Assembly (NCBI RefSeq): GCF_006345805.1
Contig: NC_042998.1
Span: forward strand, 113,150,001 to 113,214,000
Reading direction: 5' to 3'
Source: Octopus sinensis
Lineage: Eukaryota
DNA length: 64,000 bases
Below are positions 24,801-39,109 of the stretch, piece after piece; within the stretch, counting starts at the first letter, position 1, and each line of letters starts with the position of its first letter. Both the position numbers and the translations under genes were made by a program. Below the pieces are notes generated by a model, which saw only the letters and a program-made list of their open reading frames with translations, was not told the origin of the DNA and did no database searches.

Positions 24801-26736
24801 TCTTCGTACGGTTACCGCCCAACGGACAAGATCTCGCAGCCAGCGCTTGTGTGGATAGATAGATAGTCACTGCTAACTACTGTTTCCATTTGATATACAT
24901 TTTAAGCACCACATGTACCACCGCTTCATAACCTTGATGTAGTCACTCAGCCTGCTAGAAATGGCAGTACATTTTTCCTACATGAAATCCCCCCTCCCTT
25001 CTTCCACTGTCTTAATAAAAGGATGCATTGGACAATGTATATAAAAAGGCGGTCTGTCCGCTTAGAGCTGTTGTGACTCTCTTATTTACAATAGTAGTAT
25101 TTCTAGTGGTGGTTGTTATTTAGCCTAATTTCAGCCTTGTTCGAGCAGATATCTATGATCAGAAGCATTCTTGTCATGATTATTCCGTCATTTTGAATAT
25201 TGTTTATCTCGGACTACGTTATCCTCTTTATTTAAAAAAGGTTATGAGCTTAGATTCTGACTGCTGTTTCTAGCAAGTCATGCGCTCCTAGATTCTCCTT
25301 CATTGGTTGTAGTGATAGACCGGTTCTTGTAATTTAGTGTCAAAACAGTATTAAAAGTATTTCCGCCGTGCCTATCACTTCTTTTTCCTACTTGCAGAGA
25401 CCCAGCCAGAGATTATGTTAAATGCCTTCCAAACGGTTGAAGCATTTCAAATTTTCACTATTTTATTATCAGTGACAGATCGCATTCATTTTATTTTTCT
25501 CTAGAAATTAATAATAAAGAGTTTAATCAGTGTGGAAAATTTGCCAAAATAAAATGTGAAAATTTGAAATACTTCAAGTGGTTAAAAGAAATTTAACAAG
25601 ATTCGAACCCAGGACTATATTACCCAAGGTGTCCTTTTTCTAAGACGGTAAGACGTAATTTAAAGACTTGGCTGCTATCTCTAGCATGTCAAATGACCAC
25701 ATAGAGGCTTCTTGGTTGCCTCGTGTGTCTGGTTATTAATTAATGGTGGTGGTTCATGTACAGCAACTATAAACCCTAGCTGCTGTTACCAACTACATCA
25801 GCAGCCACTTTGCCAACATGTCTACCTAACTCCTTCAGCCAGCCTTCTGCTCTAATTTTTAAGTCACGTTTTGTTTAGGCGCGTTAGATTATTGGAGGGA
25901 TGGATATATTGTTACTTCTTTTGAGTCTGTCTGTTATATTCTGTATCAGGAAAACAACTTTCTATAACTTTCATTTTAAATGCCCTTTATATTTGGCTGG
26001 CAGCAGTTTATTTTGTAAAATTTTGGATTGTGTTTTGTTGTCAATTTTTGGCAGCAGTAACTGTTTTTACGTTGCTATCACTTCTAAATATTAACTGTCT
26101 TGGAATTATTTTGTGTATTGAAAAATTTCAATATCTCTGTTTGTGTGTGTGTGCGCTGTTGTTTTATCTACATGTCTAGCGTGGTTGTTTTCTAACCTCA
26201 GATTGGTCCTAATCAGACATTCCTATAATCAAAAGCGTTTCATCTAGTCTTTTTCTGTGAGACTACATTTTCCAATGTATCCTTTTTTTTTTTTTTGTAA
26301 GATCATAGTATGGAGTGTTATTTGCTGGAGAGTTCTCTACTGTTTCTAGCCGGTCTAGCGACGACCTAGCTGTTTGCTTTTACAGTGTGATTCTATTGTA
26401 AGGTGTTTTTAATGAGCTTTATTGTGTATTTTGTGTTGCCTTCAATAAAAAAAAAAACATTATGTGGCTGTTAGAGTTACTTACTTAGAGCTAGTACCAA
26501 TTTATATGAACTATAGCTCCATATGTTATCGATCAACCTGTTTTTTTATGATTTAGTCGGAAAAGGAAAGACAACACCCATTATTAACTTTTTGGGGTAA
26601 CGACGGGTTTCCAAAACTGGTGTGAGGAAAAGGAGGAATTCTTGCAGCAGAAGAGATTCCACAAATACATAACAGCTAAAGGAAAGTGTTAAATTGGATG
26701 GCAGATTAAGTGTATCATCCATGATTACTGCTCATA

Positions 26737-26780
<44 letters not shown>

Positions 26781-27559
26781 CATTATCGTTTAATGTCTAC
26801 CTTCCATGCAGGCATCTGTTGGATGGTTTGACAGGAACGGGCCATGTAGAAGACTACCCCGGGTGTTGTGTCTGTTTTGACAAGGTTTTTACAGCTGAAT
26901 GTCCTTCCAAATGCCAACCACTTTACAGTCATGCTTTTTACATGGCACCAGAACCGACAAGGTTAACAAGCAACTTGCAAGACAAGGAATTTTTAGAGGG
27001 GAGAGGGCATTAGCAGAGGGGATCTTATATCAGATGATGAGAGGCAGAAACAGGTGTCTTGCTGTGGAGGAGGTGAAAATCTGGTAAAATGTTTTGTATT
27101 TATATTATTATCTATAGCAGTATTTTCCCAATTTAATTATGCCCAGTTCCCTAAGATATACATCTTTGCACATTTAATTCCTATCAGCAATTGTTATAAT
27201 AATGACTTTTAAATTAGCCTGTTAAAATGAGTTGACATGGTTTAGTTTTCATTCACTGACACTCTGAAAATATCAGTTTCCTATGACCAAGATTCAATAA
27301 CATCGATCTAGGTTATTTTTAGTTGATCTCAAAAATAACTATTTTTGAGTAACTAGTATTGTATTTATCAGTCTAAATTTTGGCCTCATATGTCAAGATT
27401 TTAATTTCTTTAATCCAATTATTGGAATGTTATATGTTTGAATGTATTTTGTTTTTTGGTAAGTGCTGAGAGATAATCTTTCTATAACATGATATAGCGA
27501 GGAAATTCTTTTCCAGAGTCCATCATGTTTCACCTAAACACTGGCTGTATACATGTTTT

Positions 27560-28250
27560 GCCATAACCAATCTAGTAACATTTCAAATCATGAACAACAT
27601 GTAGCTAGAATCTTCAAAATTGCTACAAATGCCAAATCTCTACATGACTGAGGATCCCTTCAAATTCACATCCACAATATAGCAAAAACAACATCACAAT
27701 GTATTTTCTGGCCCACAAGAAGGCAACCAGAAAATACTTTAGCTCCTCAGTACTACTAATCCTTAACAGAACTCATGTGAGACCCACACTACAATAAATA
27801 CGACTCTCACATTTAAAATGGTGCTGCTATTACAAATACATACATCCTAGATGACACTCAGAAAATGCTATCCAGCTGATTGCATGCAGTCACTTGCCAA
27901 CACATTCCAACCTCAGGCCCACAGGTGTTCAGTCTCCTCATTCTGCTTTTTCTACCACTACTACAATGGTTTCTGCTTCTTAGAGCTTGCTGATCTTATG
28001 CCCTCTCCATCCATTTACTCCAATCTCATCTCACATGTCACCTATATTGTATCGAGGTCTCGTGTATTAACCACTACACCTAGTCCTTCCTATCCCTATT
28101 TTTTTCCTCCAACTGTTCAAAGTGAACATCAACCACATAGGTTTCAGAGGTCCTACAAATGCCAATGGCACAATTCCTTTCTGCTGACCAATCCATAAAA
28201 AACAAATTAGGAAGAATATCATACATCATCTTCATTCCTGTCAACCAAGC
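27560..28250 (+). mobile_element. CR1/Jockey-group LINE, post-RT C-terminal remnant
   Basis: HIHNIAK..., HVRP...YDSHI*NGAA...ILDDTQK, LANTFQPQAHRCSVSSFCFFYHYYNGFC (ORF 27851-28198). Confidence 0.7.
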
Positions 28251-28674
28251 AGAATATGTTTTGCATAGACTTAATAAAAAAAGAGATTATGTCTGATGAT
28301 TTCACCAGTTGATCCACTAGTCTTTAAATCCAATCTGCATTATCCCTTAACTTTAATCAACTGATCTTAATAGTTATCTCTTTTTCTAGTTGGTTCTTAG
28401 ATTTTAAAAACTCCTAGAGGTTTTTTCTGTTGATTGTGTGGATAATCTCAGTTTATTGATGTTTTTCAACTCATTATATTACATATATAAGGCTCTTCTG
28501 TATTTATCAGATTTTTAAATCAGTTATTGTATGAATTTAGCAAACTACACATTTTATAGATCAGGATTTCAAATACAGAAACTATCAATATCTCAACTGC
28601 TAAGAAAGATGGAGCTTCTTTGTCAAAGTTTGAAACTGTCAGTATATGCAGTGTAGAAGTGAATTATTTTGAAT

Positions 28675-29480
28675 CATCATCGTTTAGCGTCCGATTTCCA
28701 CGCTAGCATGGGTTAGACGGTTCAACTGGGGTCTGGGAAGCCCGAAGGCTGCACCAGTCCCAGTCAGATCTGGCAGAGTTTCTACTGCTGGATGCCCTTC
28801 CTAATGCCAACCACTCCGTGAGTGTAGTGGGTGCTTTTTACGTGCCAGACGAGGCTGGCGAACGGCCACAATCAGATGGTGCTTTTTACGTGCCACTGGC
28901 ACGGAGGCCAGGCTAGGCTGACAATGGCCATGGTTGAATGGTGTTTGTTATGTGCCACCGGCACGGAGGCCAGTCGATGCGGCGCTGGCTACGGCCACGT
29001 TTGGATGGTTCTCTTACATGCCACCGGCACTGGTGTCACATCTACAAATTCCATTGATGTTGATCGATTTTGATTTTCATTGATTTTTGATTTTCACTTG
29101 CCTCAACAGGTCTTCACAAGTAGAGTTTTGTGTCCCAAGAAGGAAGGTATGCACAGGTGGACTGACTATGTCCCAGGTAGAGGCCATGGGTTATGGCCTC
29201 ACTTGTCCTGCCGGGTCTTCTCACGCACAGCATACTTCCAAAGGTCTCAGTCTCTGGTCATTTCCTCGGTGAGACCTAAAGAGCGAAGGTCGTGCTCACC
29301 ACCTCGTCCCAGATTTTCCTGGGTCTACCTCTTCCACAGGTTCCCTTAACCGCTAGGGTGTGGCACTTTTTCACACAACTATCTTCATCCATTCTTACCA
29401 TGTGTCCATACCAGTGTAGACATCTCTCTTGCACACCACATCTGATGCTTCTTAGGTCCAACTTTTCTCTCAAGGTACTT
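28675..29480 (-). mobile_element. 5'-truncated RTE LINE (3'UTR contiguous with ORF end)
   Basis: ORF 29276-29473 reads WYGHMVRMDEDSCVKKCHTLAVKGTCGRGRPRKIWDEVV, a typical RTE C-terminus, joined to the same 3'UTR and (CAT)n tail. Confidence 0.9.
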
Positions 29481-29939
29481 ACACTCTGTCGGGTATGGTT
29501 CTAAAATTTACCAAGTGACTTTAACAGTGTGAGTATGTGTGTGCCTACTCATGTAAACACTACTAACTTCCTTTGTTATATGAATTTTCTATAGAACAAC
29601 TCCATTGCTGGTGAATCTTTGTTCAAATGGTTGGTTTAGAAAGTTATTGCTCATTAAAGCAGCAAGAACTTGCATTATACAGAATCATAAAGATTTTTAA
29701 AAAATACTTTTATTAATTCTTAATTAGAAATTGATGTAATTAAACAGTGACAGAATTGGCACAAACAATAGAGATCTACAGCTTTAAGTCTAATCTCTAT
29801 TGCCTAAATTGTTTTGTAATGCACATCATATGGTGGTGAGGTGGTGGTGGATTTAGAGTCAATAAAATAGGTACTTTTAATATAATACTGTAGGTATGTT
29901 AGGATTTATATACATACACACACCCTCCCTTCCGCTAGT

Positions 29940-30230
29940 ACATCATCATCATCATTTAGCGTCCGCTTTCCATGCTAGCATGGGTTGGACGGTTCAACTG
30001 GGGTCTGGGAAGCCAGAAGGCTGCACCAGGCCCAGTCTGATCTGGCAATGTTTCTATGGCTGGATGCCCTTCCTAACGCCAACCACTCCATGAGTGTAGT
30101 GGGTGCTTTTTACGTGCCAGACGAGGCTGGCAAACGGCCACGATCGGATGGTGCTTTTTACATGCCACCGGCACGGGGGCCAGGCGAGGCTGGCAATGGC
30201 CACGATTGGATAGTGCTTTTTATGATCGTG
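29940..30230 (-). mobile_element. RTE 3'-UTR fragment
   Basis: (CAT)n + ttagcgtccgctttccatgctagcatgggttggacgg. Confidence 0.85.
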
Positions 30231-31099
30231 GCCGAGTTTAATAATATTTTTATGTTAAGAAGTTAATTAAATGTTTTAAATTTACTGTCTTGTAGGTGAC
30301 CAAATCCTTGAGGGTAATCACTTAATGGCTGGATGCTCAATAACTGGTATTTCATTATCAGCAACTGTCTTCTGTCCTCTGCAGAAGCATTTCAATCTCA
30401 AAGGTCCAGATGACTTAGATTTTAATTAGTACTCTAGGGATGTTAGATTTTAATGAGTTCTCTAGGGATGTACAATGCATTGCCTTAGGTAGCAAGGATC
30501 ACAAATTGATTAGCAGTTTGCAAACTGGTAATATTGATTTGAAATCTTTATTTCTTGCCCAAGATCCCAGCCATCTCAATATCATATACTAGTTAAAGAT
30601 GTTCCTTCTTTAACTTGTACAAGAAAACAAACTGACTACTGTGGTTCACTATTTTGAATAGAATAAATAAAATATATTTTGTATTGAGCCTTCCTAAAGT
30701 GATACAAACAAAGAACATATGAGAAGTTCACACTTAGATTTCAGTGAGGTGAGCTTGAGCTGGCATGTAGTTTGATGAGCAGAAGGCAAAAGTAATGATG
30801 TCTTTAATGGAAAACTGCCGACTTAATTTATTAGTAGCTAAAAAGTAACGTTGTTAAAACTCATTTATCCACTAACCTTGGGTCCCTGGCCATTGGCAAA
30901 CCTCAGAAATTAACCACAAATACCCTTAGAGAACCCTCTGTGTAATCATATGCTTATTCTACATAACATATTACTATATTATCAAAGGTATGAACAAGCT
31001 TAAAACAGGAAATAGTACAATCAGTAATGTTTACAAACAATGTTTTATAATTGTTTCATGTAATTTAAAACCCCACAAACCCAAAATAATACCTGTTGC

Positions 31100-31640
31100 T
31101 AGGGTCAGCAGGTATGTGCATATCAGAGGCAGTAGTGCAAGGAAGTGGATATTCTACATTGGAATGAGTCTTGGCAATGTTATTAATATCTTCATCAACT
31201 ACTGGTAACTTCTGGTACTTTGGTTCTTCCTTAATTATTTTTCTTTGAATAAAATAAACCTAGTTTCTCATTGTATTATAAAATCTCTTTGCTCTAGTCC
31301 TGCAATTAAATCACTCATCCTCTGGATTCATTTATTTGTAGAAATTCTTCCACTTCCTTTTCATCAGCACTTTCTTCCTGAGCATCATCTTATTTCCTTT
31401 CACCTTGCCGAGCCATTTCCACAATTTCTTCTTCAGGTAGTTGATAAACAAGTTCATCATTATCAATGTTCATCTATTCCTCCACATTTTCTTCTGTAAT
31501 CTTTGGTTATTTATTGCCAGGCACATTAGTCACACTTCTGGAACACTCATCCAAATTACAGATCAAATTCTAAACCTAGTGAAGCCAAGTTCATCACCAA
31601 TTATGGTCATGACACATTATGCTTAGTCACAATAAGCGCC
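31100..31640 (-). mobile_element. Possible pogo/Tigger transposase acidic C-terminal remnant
   Basis: Minus-strand translation KITEENVEE*MNIDNDELVYQLPEEEIVEM...EESADEKEV with stops. No TIRs identified. Confidence 0.45.
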
Positions 31641-32799
31641 GGCCACTTTGTACTGTACTTTCTTTTACTTTATTCTAGGCAGAAGCAAGTGACCATACCA
31701 CATCCTTTAAATTAAATCTCTTCACAAAATCTCCAGGAAACTTCCCAAGTATGGAGGTTGATGTTATTGATTAACCCCGTATCCTCAAAATTTTGGGCCT
31801 TGTGCCTAAATTAGAGACTATTATTATTAATCATTGAGGCATCAGACAAAATACCTTGCAGTATTTATTGGCCGAAGCCTTACATTTCTTTAGGGATTAT
31901 AAAGTAAAGGATCAACCAAATACTGTAGTTGATTGAATTGATTATGCTCCTTGTGCCTAGTTTAGAAACCATTATTATTATCATCTCTTCCTCCAATAGT
32001 TTACTGTTTGTTGCTATTCAAATAACTGAATATGCTGATATCTAAAAAAAAAAAGTTACTGTCACTCTGGTTAATTAGCTTGATATGGGAATTTGATATC
32101 TGAGTGGTGTTGCTAATCTTATAATGTGTGTGGTTATCATGGTGTTGGCAGCTTGCTCTTCAAAATCCACAGCAAACATTTGATAGAAAGGCCTCAGTTC
32201 AGGATTAACAGATTGATTGGTAAAGTTAGTCTTTGAGCAGATCTATGATCAGAGGCATTCCAGCCATGATCATCTGAAGTTCGTTTTTTTTTTTTTTTTT
32301 CAAGTGTATCTAAGGCTGTATTGCTCAATATGTTCATTCCTTTTTTTAAGATGGTAGCATGAGATTTGAGGAAAATTTGACTTCTGTTTCTAGTAGATTA
32401 AGCATCCTTGTTGGTGCTTTGTGGCTTGCAGAGTCTACTTCTCCATTCATTCCTTCATGTTTACTTGTATTTCTCTATCTTATATTACATCTTTGATAAA
32501 CTAACATTGTGGTTCAGATGTTTCCACCTAATCAGTTATGGGTCACTGCATTTCTGACTTATTTGTTTTATAACACACTTCAGTCGTGCATCAGTTTTTC
32601 ACATTCATATACCCCTATCACATTTGGTCTTTGATATTCCTGACTAAATTTACACGTCATTGTTATCAAGCATAACAAGTTGTTGTCCGTGCAACATGGG
32701 TGGTTTAAAAGAGGTTTATTTTGTTTTGAAAACAAAAGTTTTTCAAGTTTTTTGTTTACATCTTTTACTAATGTTCTATGGAAGATATACATACATGTG

Positions 32800-33500
32800 T
32801 GTGTGTATATTTATATACACACTCAGAGTCGTTAGCATGCGGGACAAAATACTTAGCAGTGTTCTTTCATCTTTACGTTCTGAGTTGAAATTCCACCAAG
32901 GTTGACTTTGCCTTTCATCCTTTTGGGGTTGATAAATTAAGTACCAGTTGAGCACTGGGATCGATGTAATCGGCACATCCCCTCCCCCCCAAATTGCTGT
33001 CCTTATAAAATTTGAAGCCATTATTATTATTATTATTATTCTTTTACTTGTTTCAGTCATTGGACTTCAACCATACTGGGGTACTGCCTTCAGGAGTATT
33101 TTCTTTTAGTCACTTGAATTGACCCCAGGTTTTATTTTTAACTCTGGACCTCTGCCTCTTTTTGCTAGATACTAAATTATTGAGATGTAAACAAACCTAC
33201 ACTGGCTGTCAAGCAGTGATAGATAAACACTAACATGCACATACACATACAACAACTACACTATTTCCCAAGGCTGTAGTACTTGCTCAAGATACTGCAC
33301 AAAAGGATTGAACCCAAAATCACATGGTTGTGAAGCAAACTTCTAAACCACACTTCCAGTTTACCAAATTCTGTTCTCCAGGTTTCAATCAAACCAATGC
33401 TATCATAGAAGACAGTTACCTAAGTTTGCCATGCAATGGAATTAAAACCAGAACCAGGTGGTTGCAAAACGAACTTCTTAACCACACAGACATGTCTGCT
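32800..33500. mobile_element. Two SINEs of different families joined tail-to-tail at a (TTA)n run
   Basis: 32800-33040 is the gttgactttgcctttcatcc family on plus; 33045-33500 is the gtttcagtcatt...gactgc family on minus. Confidence 0.75.
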
Positions 33501-34239
33501 CCAGCATTGTCTGCAGGTTTGCAATGTGGTTAACATTGCTTTTTAACAGAAGTGATACCAATTCTGGAAACGTTTACCTAATGATATGCACTGTTATTCT
33601 TTGTAGGTTTGCAATTATTGTCTTAAAATCAAAGTTTCAGTTAGTCACATGTCATAGAAAATTCCAACTTCATAGAATTGTTCCTCCTCAAAACAGCATC
33701 TGTAGTCACATAGGAGTATAGCAGTCAAATGGTGTCTATCATATTAACATGTAATTATGGCTGAGTGGTTAGAGGAAGTTTAGTTTGCAATTATAAAGAT
33801 CCAGGTTCAATTTCACTGTGTGGCGTTTTGGTCAGCCCAATCCTTGAGAGTGAAATTGGGTTGATATAAACAGTGTGGAAACCTTTTAGATTGATTGTTA
33901 TCTTGAATTCAAAAGTCTAGCCATATCACATTGACTTTACCTAAGAGTTATCTTAAGGGAACATGTATGTCTGTATGTGGAATATTCAAGTCACATGTTA
34001 ATTTAACAAGGAGGTAGATCAGTTGATCAAACCACTGAATGCTCAAGAGTGTGTTAATGATAGTGAGTCAGCCAACTACCATGGATGTTGTTGACCTTTT
34101 GAATACTCTTTCTTATGCTACTAACCTATCTGGCTACTTTACATGCAGGATGTCATTTCTATTTAATATTATATTTTCTATATATCTGACAAACCAATCT
34201 TTGCAACAGATACAGATTGAATGTCATAACTGCGTAGTG

Positions 34240-34560
34240 TATTGCTTATTTGCAGCAATCCAACATTCTGGAATCAATCTCTGCCCATAACAGAAGAGAG
34301 GAAGAGAAACAAATATGGGAGCCTAACTGACTGCTATCAGTTTGTGCCAGTTACTGTTGTGACATCAGGTGTCCTCAGACGCTGCACTACAGATTTCCTT
34401 TGCAAAATAGGGATAATAGTGGCCTGTCTGAGAAAAGAGCCCCATGAGGTAGGGTGGCTGTTGCAGCATGGGTCACTGGCCATTCTCCGCAGCAACACTT
34501 TTGCAATCGTGTCTGCAAGGCACAGCTGAACACATCATTTGGCCTGTGGTGTAAAACCTG
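34240..34560 (+). mobile_element. CRE-like non-LTR retrotransposon, restriction-like endonuclease C-terminus
   Basis: ORF 34242-34529: EERKRNKYGSLTDCYQFVPVTVVTSGV...FLCKIG...WLLQHGSLAILRSN, resembling the K..KY / F.P.AVET.G / QR.S.AI.RGN pattern. Confidence 0.7.
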
Positions 34561-35299
34561 CTACTTCCCCACCATCTTCTGCTGTTTAATTCTCCACCTT
34601 CCTTTTTTTGTCTTTTACACTGTTTCTTCGGTGATGTGTCTCAGATAGGTTGGTGGGGTGGGGGTCCTCAATAATTTGATCTTTTATACTTTTAATCTTT
34701 TTATTTACTTCCTGTAAAAATATGTTGCTAAATAAGTTTGCTCACTTAGAATGAACTCTGAATCTTTTTCACTAAAAACAGAAGTGATGTTTATCTTTCC
34801 TATCATTCATACATACACACGTTCCTAATGAAACCCCAGCTTTCAATGAGATTTATTTAAGTGGGTTGCTAAAAGTTACAAATTACTGGCCCACCAATCA
34901 GTGGATTCATTCTTTATTCCAGTTAAAATATTGTTCTAGCATATCCTTGGGTAAGCCCTGATCAAGCAAAATCATGATCAATCATGGCTACTCTGTCTTT
35001 GTACATCAGGAACTGCATACTTTATCCAATGCATTCATTTTTAAGATAAGGTGTGATTTGACTTGCAGGAAAAATCCTTTCAGAAGGTATATATACGGTC
35101 TTGTTAAAGTAAGAGCTGATAGAGTTAGAACATAGATATAAATTGTTCAAATGAATATATACAGTTCTTGAAGGCTGTTACTAGACAGAAAGCTTGCACT
35201 TTCTTAGTTACAGAACCTTTTAATATCATTCATATCACTAGAATTCATTTAGATGAACATGTATGTAAATTTGTAAAACAAAAAAACTTCTGTTTAGCT

Positions 35300-35580
35300 T
35301 CATCATCATCGTTTAATGTCTGCTTTTCATGCTGGCATGGGTTGGACGGTTTGACTGAGGGCTGGCAAGCCAGAAGGCTGCACCAGGCTCCAATTTGATC
35401 TGGCAAAATTTCTACAGCTGGATGCCCTTCCTGATGCCAACCACTCCAAGAGTGTAGTGGGTGCTTTTACGTGTCACATGTACAGGAGCCAGTTCAGTGG
35501 CACTAGCAATGATCATGCTCAAATGGTGTTTTTTACATGCCACCAGCACAGGAGCCAGTCAGCGGCCCTGGCAAATGGAC
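35300..35580 (-). mobile_element. RTE 3'-UTR fragment
   Basis: (CAT)n + gtttaatgtctgcttttcatgctggcatgggttggacgg. Confidence 0.8.
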
Positions 35581-37665
35581 CACCTCTTTTAGTGTGTGTA
35601 TTTATAAGCTTCTCTTTCAATAGTTGAGATAACAAAGAAATTTGTTAGTCCTTTGCCTGTTCTAGGGCATATTTCTCCGGTGTCTTTGCACCATGTAACA
35701 CATTTGTAATTATTTTCAACCACCAGGGTAACTTGGGACTTAGGAAAGTTTTATGTTACTCAAAACGTGATACAAAGGCTAACTAAGAGTCTGAAAAAAA
35801 AAAAGCATGGATGCTTAGGAAAGACTTATGAAATGTTTTAGACAGGTAAAGAGTTGAAGGAGTCTGATTTAACTAATCCAGAACTGGATTCCAACTCTAA
35901 AGTCCTGTTAGCAATATAATACAAGGAGTTCAAAACTTACTATGGTTTTTGTTGTTTTTTTTTTTTTATGATTCTGTTTTGCTTCAGTCATTGTTGTTTA
36001 GCTCCAGATCAGCTTTCACCAAATAAGCATATGATAAAAAGCATTGCAACAGTAACTTTTCTGTGTTTGAGGGTGGTGCCTTAGTTGTAGCTAGGAATAC
36101 ATCACCCCATGTGATTTAGTGTGCTTTAAAGGAAATTTGGCTGTTATTTCTAGCTAGTTGAGCTAACACATTGGCTTTCTTGTTGGCTCAAAATACAGCT
36201 CCTGTGGTAGATTACTTAGTTTTCAAATCCATCCAATATTACAGTTAGTTTTTATCCTACAGGGTTGGTGAAATAAGTGTCAGCCATTACTTGGGTTGAT
36301 TTAATGCCTCCTGTGCAACAATAGGCCATGTTCTTTGTTGAAATTCAGTTTTCATAACTGAGTGAAAGTGACATGGGATAGTAAGCTAGTAGGTAAAAAT
36401 TGTTACTTGGTGTAAATTTTACCTGTCGGTTGAGCTAGTATATTTATGGATTACTGAAGGAAGTGGACAATATTTTGAGGTAATGTAAACACTGGCTGTT
36501 AGCTTCACAACTATGTAATGTAAAGTTTTGATTCCACTGCATGGCTCCTTGAGCAAATGTTTTCTGCCATGAACTTGGGTCAGCCAAAACCTTGTGAATG
36601 AAATGGGGTAGATGGAAACTGTGTAGGATCCTATCAGATAATTGCTCTTCTTACTGGGTGATATACATAAACTGTTGCACAGATTAACACCATATCTTTA
36701 GTAGGGCCCATTCTGAGGTTAACATCTGGGTTATGTCTTCAATCTGAAGATAGCTTCTAGCTTTCTATTTCCTCCTCTGATGAAGTTATTTTAAAAAAAG
36801 GTTAGGCTTTTTCAATTGCACTTATGATAATCACAGTAGGATACAACTGGCCTTAGTTTTTTTATTTTTTACTATAGTTGTTGTGTAGTCCCATATTGAC
36901 TCTGACTGAACAGACTTACAATCAAAGACATTCTGGTTGTGACCATTTCATATTATTTTCAAGTATAATACATTTAAGACTATATTATTTAAGATGTTCT
37001 AGGTTTAAAAAATTTTTTTTGAGGTAGAAAATTGTGGTTTGAGAGAGATTTGCTCACAATTTTAAAGAGATTGAGTGACTATGTTAAGGCACTTTTGTTG
37101 ATTCAGTTGTTTTGTTTCCCAGTGTTGCTAATGTTATTGAAAGAGGTTATACTCTCATTTCCAATAAATCTTTAAATCTTGGGTCTTGTGTCTCTATAAG
37201 AAGCCATAGTTTTGATGTATAGAGAGACAATAATGGAGATAAACTCTCCATCAAATATATTGTTACTTCACATTCTTAGAAACTGGGATATTGATTTCTA
37301 ATACACTTAATAATTTGAGATACTTTTGATAAATATTTTGTAAAATAGTTGTTTACTAAGAAACATCATTGCAGATATAAAACCAAATATGATAACCCAG
37401 TGAAGGAACCTCTGTGTCATCACTTAATCTTCCAGAGACAGCAGCCTAATCTCCCTAAAGTTATACTGTGCCATCTTAAAAATGGGTATACTGGGTAATG
37501 GTAGTCTAAAATATGAAATGTCCAAACAAAGGATGGGATGGTGATGATTGAAATACCTTGTTATAAGTCTATTGGGTCTGGCCTGAGGCTAGAGAAAAAC
37601 AATGCAAAAGCAAATAAGTGTGAGAATCTTCGTAGAACTTGAACTTCTATTTCCTTTATATAAAT

Positions 37666-37921
37666 AAGTAGTTCCCAAACTTTTTCAGGCTGCTGCCCCC
37701 TTGGCACCCAAGCCACATTCTTAGTGCCCTCTCCCCACTACAAATATAGACCACTTTCTACAACAAATTCAAAGTAACTGTATTTCACAAATAAACTTAA
37801 AGCTAATTAACCTATTAATTTTTTTTTTATCACCCCATTTTTGGCTACCCCATTATCATCCCACTTTTCTTCAATGTCCCCCCCCCTCAAGGAGCAGTAC
37901 TGCCCACTTTGGGAACCACTG
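37666..37921. mobile_element. hAT (Charlie-like) MITE
   Basis: Ends aagtagttcccaaac / tttgggaaccactg resemble CAGTGGTTCCCAAA TIRs. No clean TSD. Confidence 0.6.
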
Positions 37922-38865
37922 AATAAATGTTTAATGTTTTGAGATGGATTGTTAATTCTTTCAAAGTGGCATTTTCTGGACTATTGACAAAATTTTTAGA
38001 GTGGATATTTAACATTTATACTATATTGGAACGTGTTTGATTATTGATCATCATCAGGTGTCTTATTCCAAAATATATATATTTGGGCTTAGTACTTATT
38101 TGTACTTGCAGTGGCATTCACCTAGGGTGGGGTGACCCAGCTCTGACCAACAAGTTCATCACATCCCTCATAAATGCTGAGCATCTGGACTTGGGAACCT
38201 GAGTGAACAGCTGTTAATGTATTTATCCATTGGATGTTTATAACCCTTGTATTTATCAGTGGATGTTTATAACTTGTTCATAATCTTCAATTTGAATTAA
38301 TTGAAATAATGTGTAAATATATACAATTTATAGATAAGATTAATAGTTTCGAAAATGATTGTTGATAACCCCATTATGATTGATATTACCATTACCACTA
38401 TGCTTTTGTGTTCCTTACATCTACTTCTATAACATCAGTGCTTCGTATCATCGTAACACAAGCTTTCACAATTGTGTATTTGTCACGTGTGTTTTGATTT
38501 CACTGTGATATGATCTTGGCTGAAATTGTATGGATGGGTATGTAGATAAGCAATCAGTAATCAAGCCAGCCTTAAGAATGAATTCAAGCAAACACTAACT
38601 GTGCAGACAGATTAAAGAAATGATAGATGGATTGTTGTGCTACAGGTCAACATCACTCCTTTATGTAAAGTAGGGTAGCAGTCCCAGTAAGTTTTTATTG
38701 TATGACTTAGTTACCTTTAGTGGTAAACTGGCAATAAACTATCATCATTTTACACTGCTTATAGAGATAACCCAACATACATATGCATGTATGAAGCTTT
38801 TATATAGTTTCCATCTACCAAATTTCAAAGTAATAGGGAACCAGAAGTTTGTGTGTGTGTGTACA

Positions 38866-39082
38866 CGAGGGGATGCTGGAAAGTTCCTGGCTTTAAGGGT
38901 ATTGCGACAGGCTTGGTTGGAAGCTCAACTTTCTGAATTCTTTTACTGGGCTTAGAAAAATTGAAGGACTATTGCAGTAAGTGTATAAATCTGAGAGGAG
39001 AATATGTTGAATAAAATCATAATTAACTGATCTTCCTGTATTTTCTTTTACCCAAATCCTGGAACTTTTCAGCAACCTCTTG
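38866..39082. mobile_element. Mariner-type MITE, copy 1
   Basis: TIR cgaggggatgctggaaagttcc / ggaacttttcagcaacctcttg. A second copy lies at 48459. Confidence 0.8.
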
Positions 39083-39109
39083 TGTGTGTGTATGTGTGCG
39101 TGCGTGTGA

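Noticed and set aside
23995-24870. 291-aa ORF, the longest in the track
   Set aside because: Pure translation of the (AT)n/(ATG) microsatellite (I/Y repeats).
12976-25435. Resemblance of MDLPVIVHELRTL / TQPEIML to the ATR kinase N-terminus
   Set aside because: Too weak, and the dozens of further exons expected are not visible.
30296-30346. 51-nt exon GDQILEGN... as a PDZ domain
   Set aside because: Only a short GDQILE match; the rest does not fit, and its phase is incompatible with neighbouring candidates.
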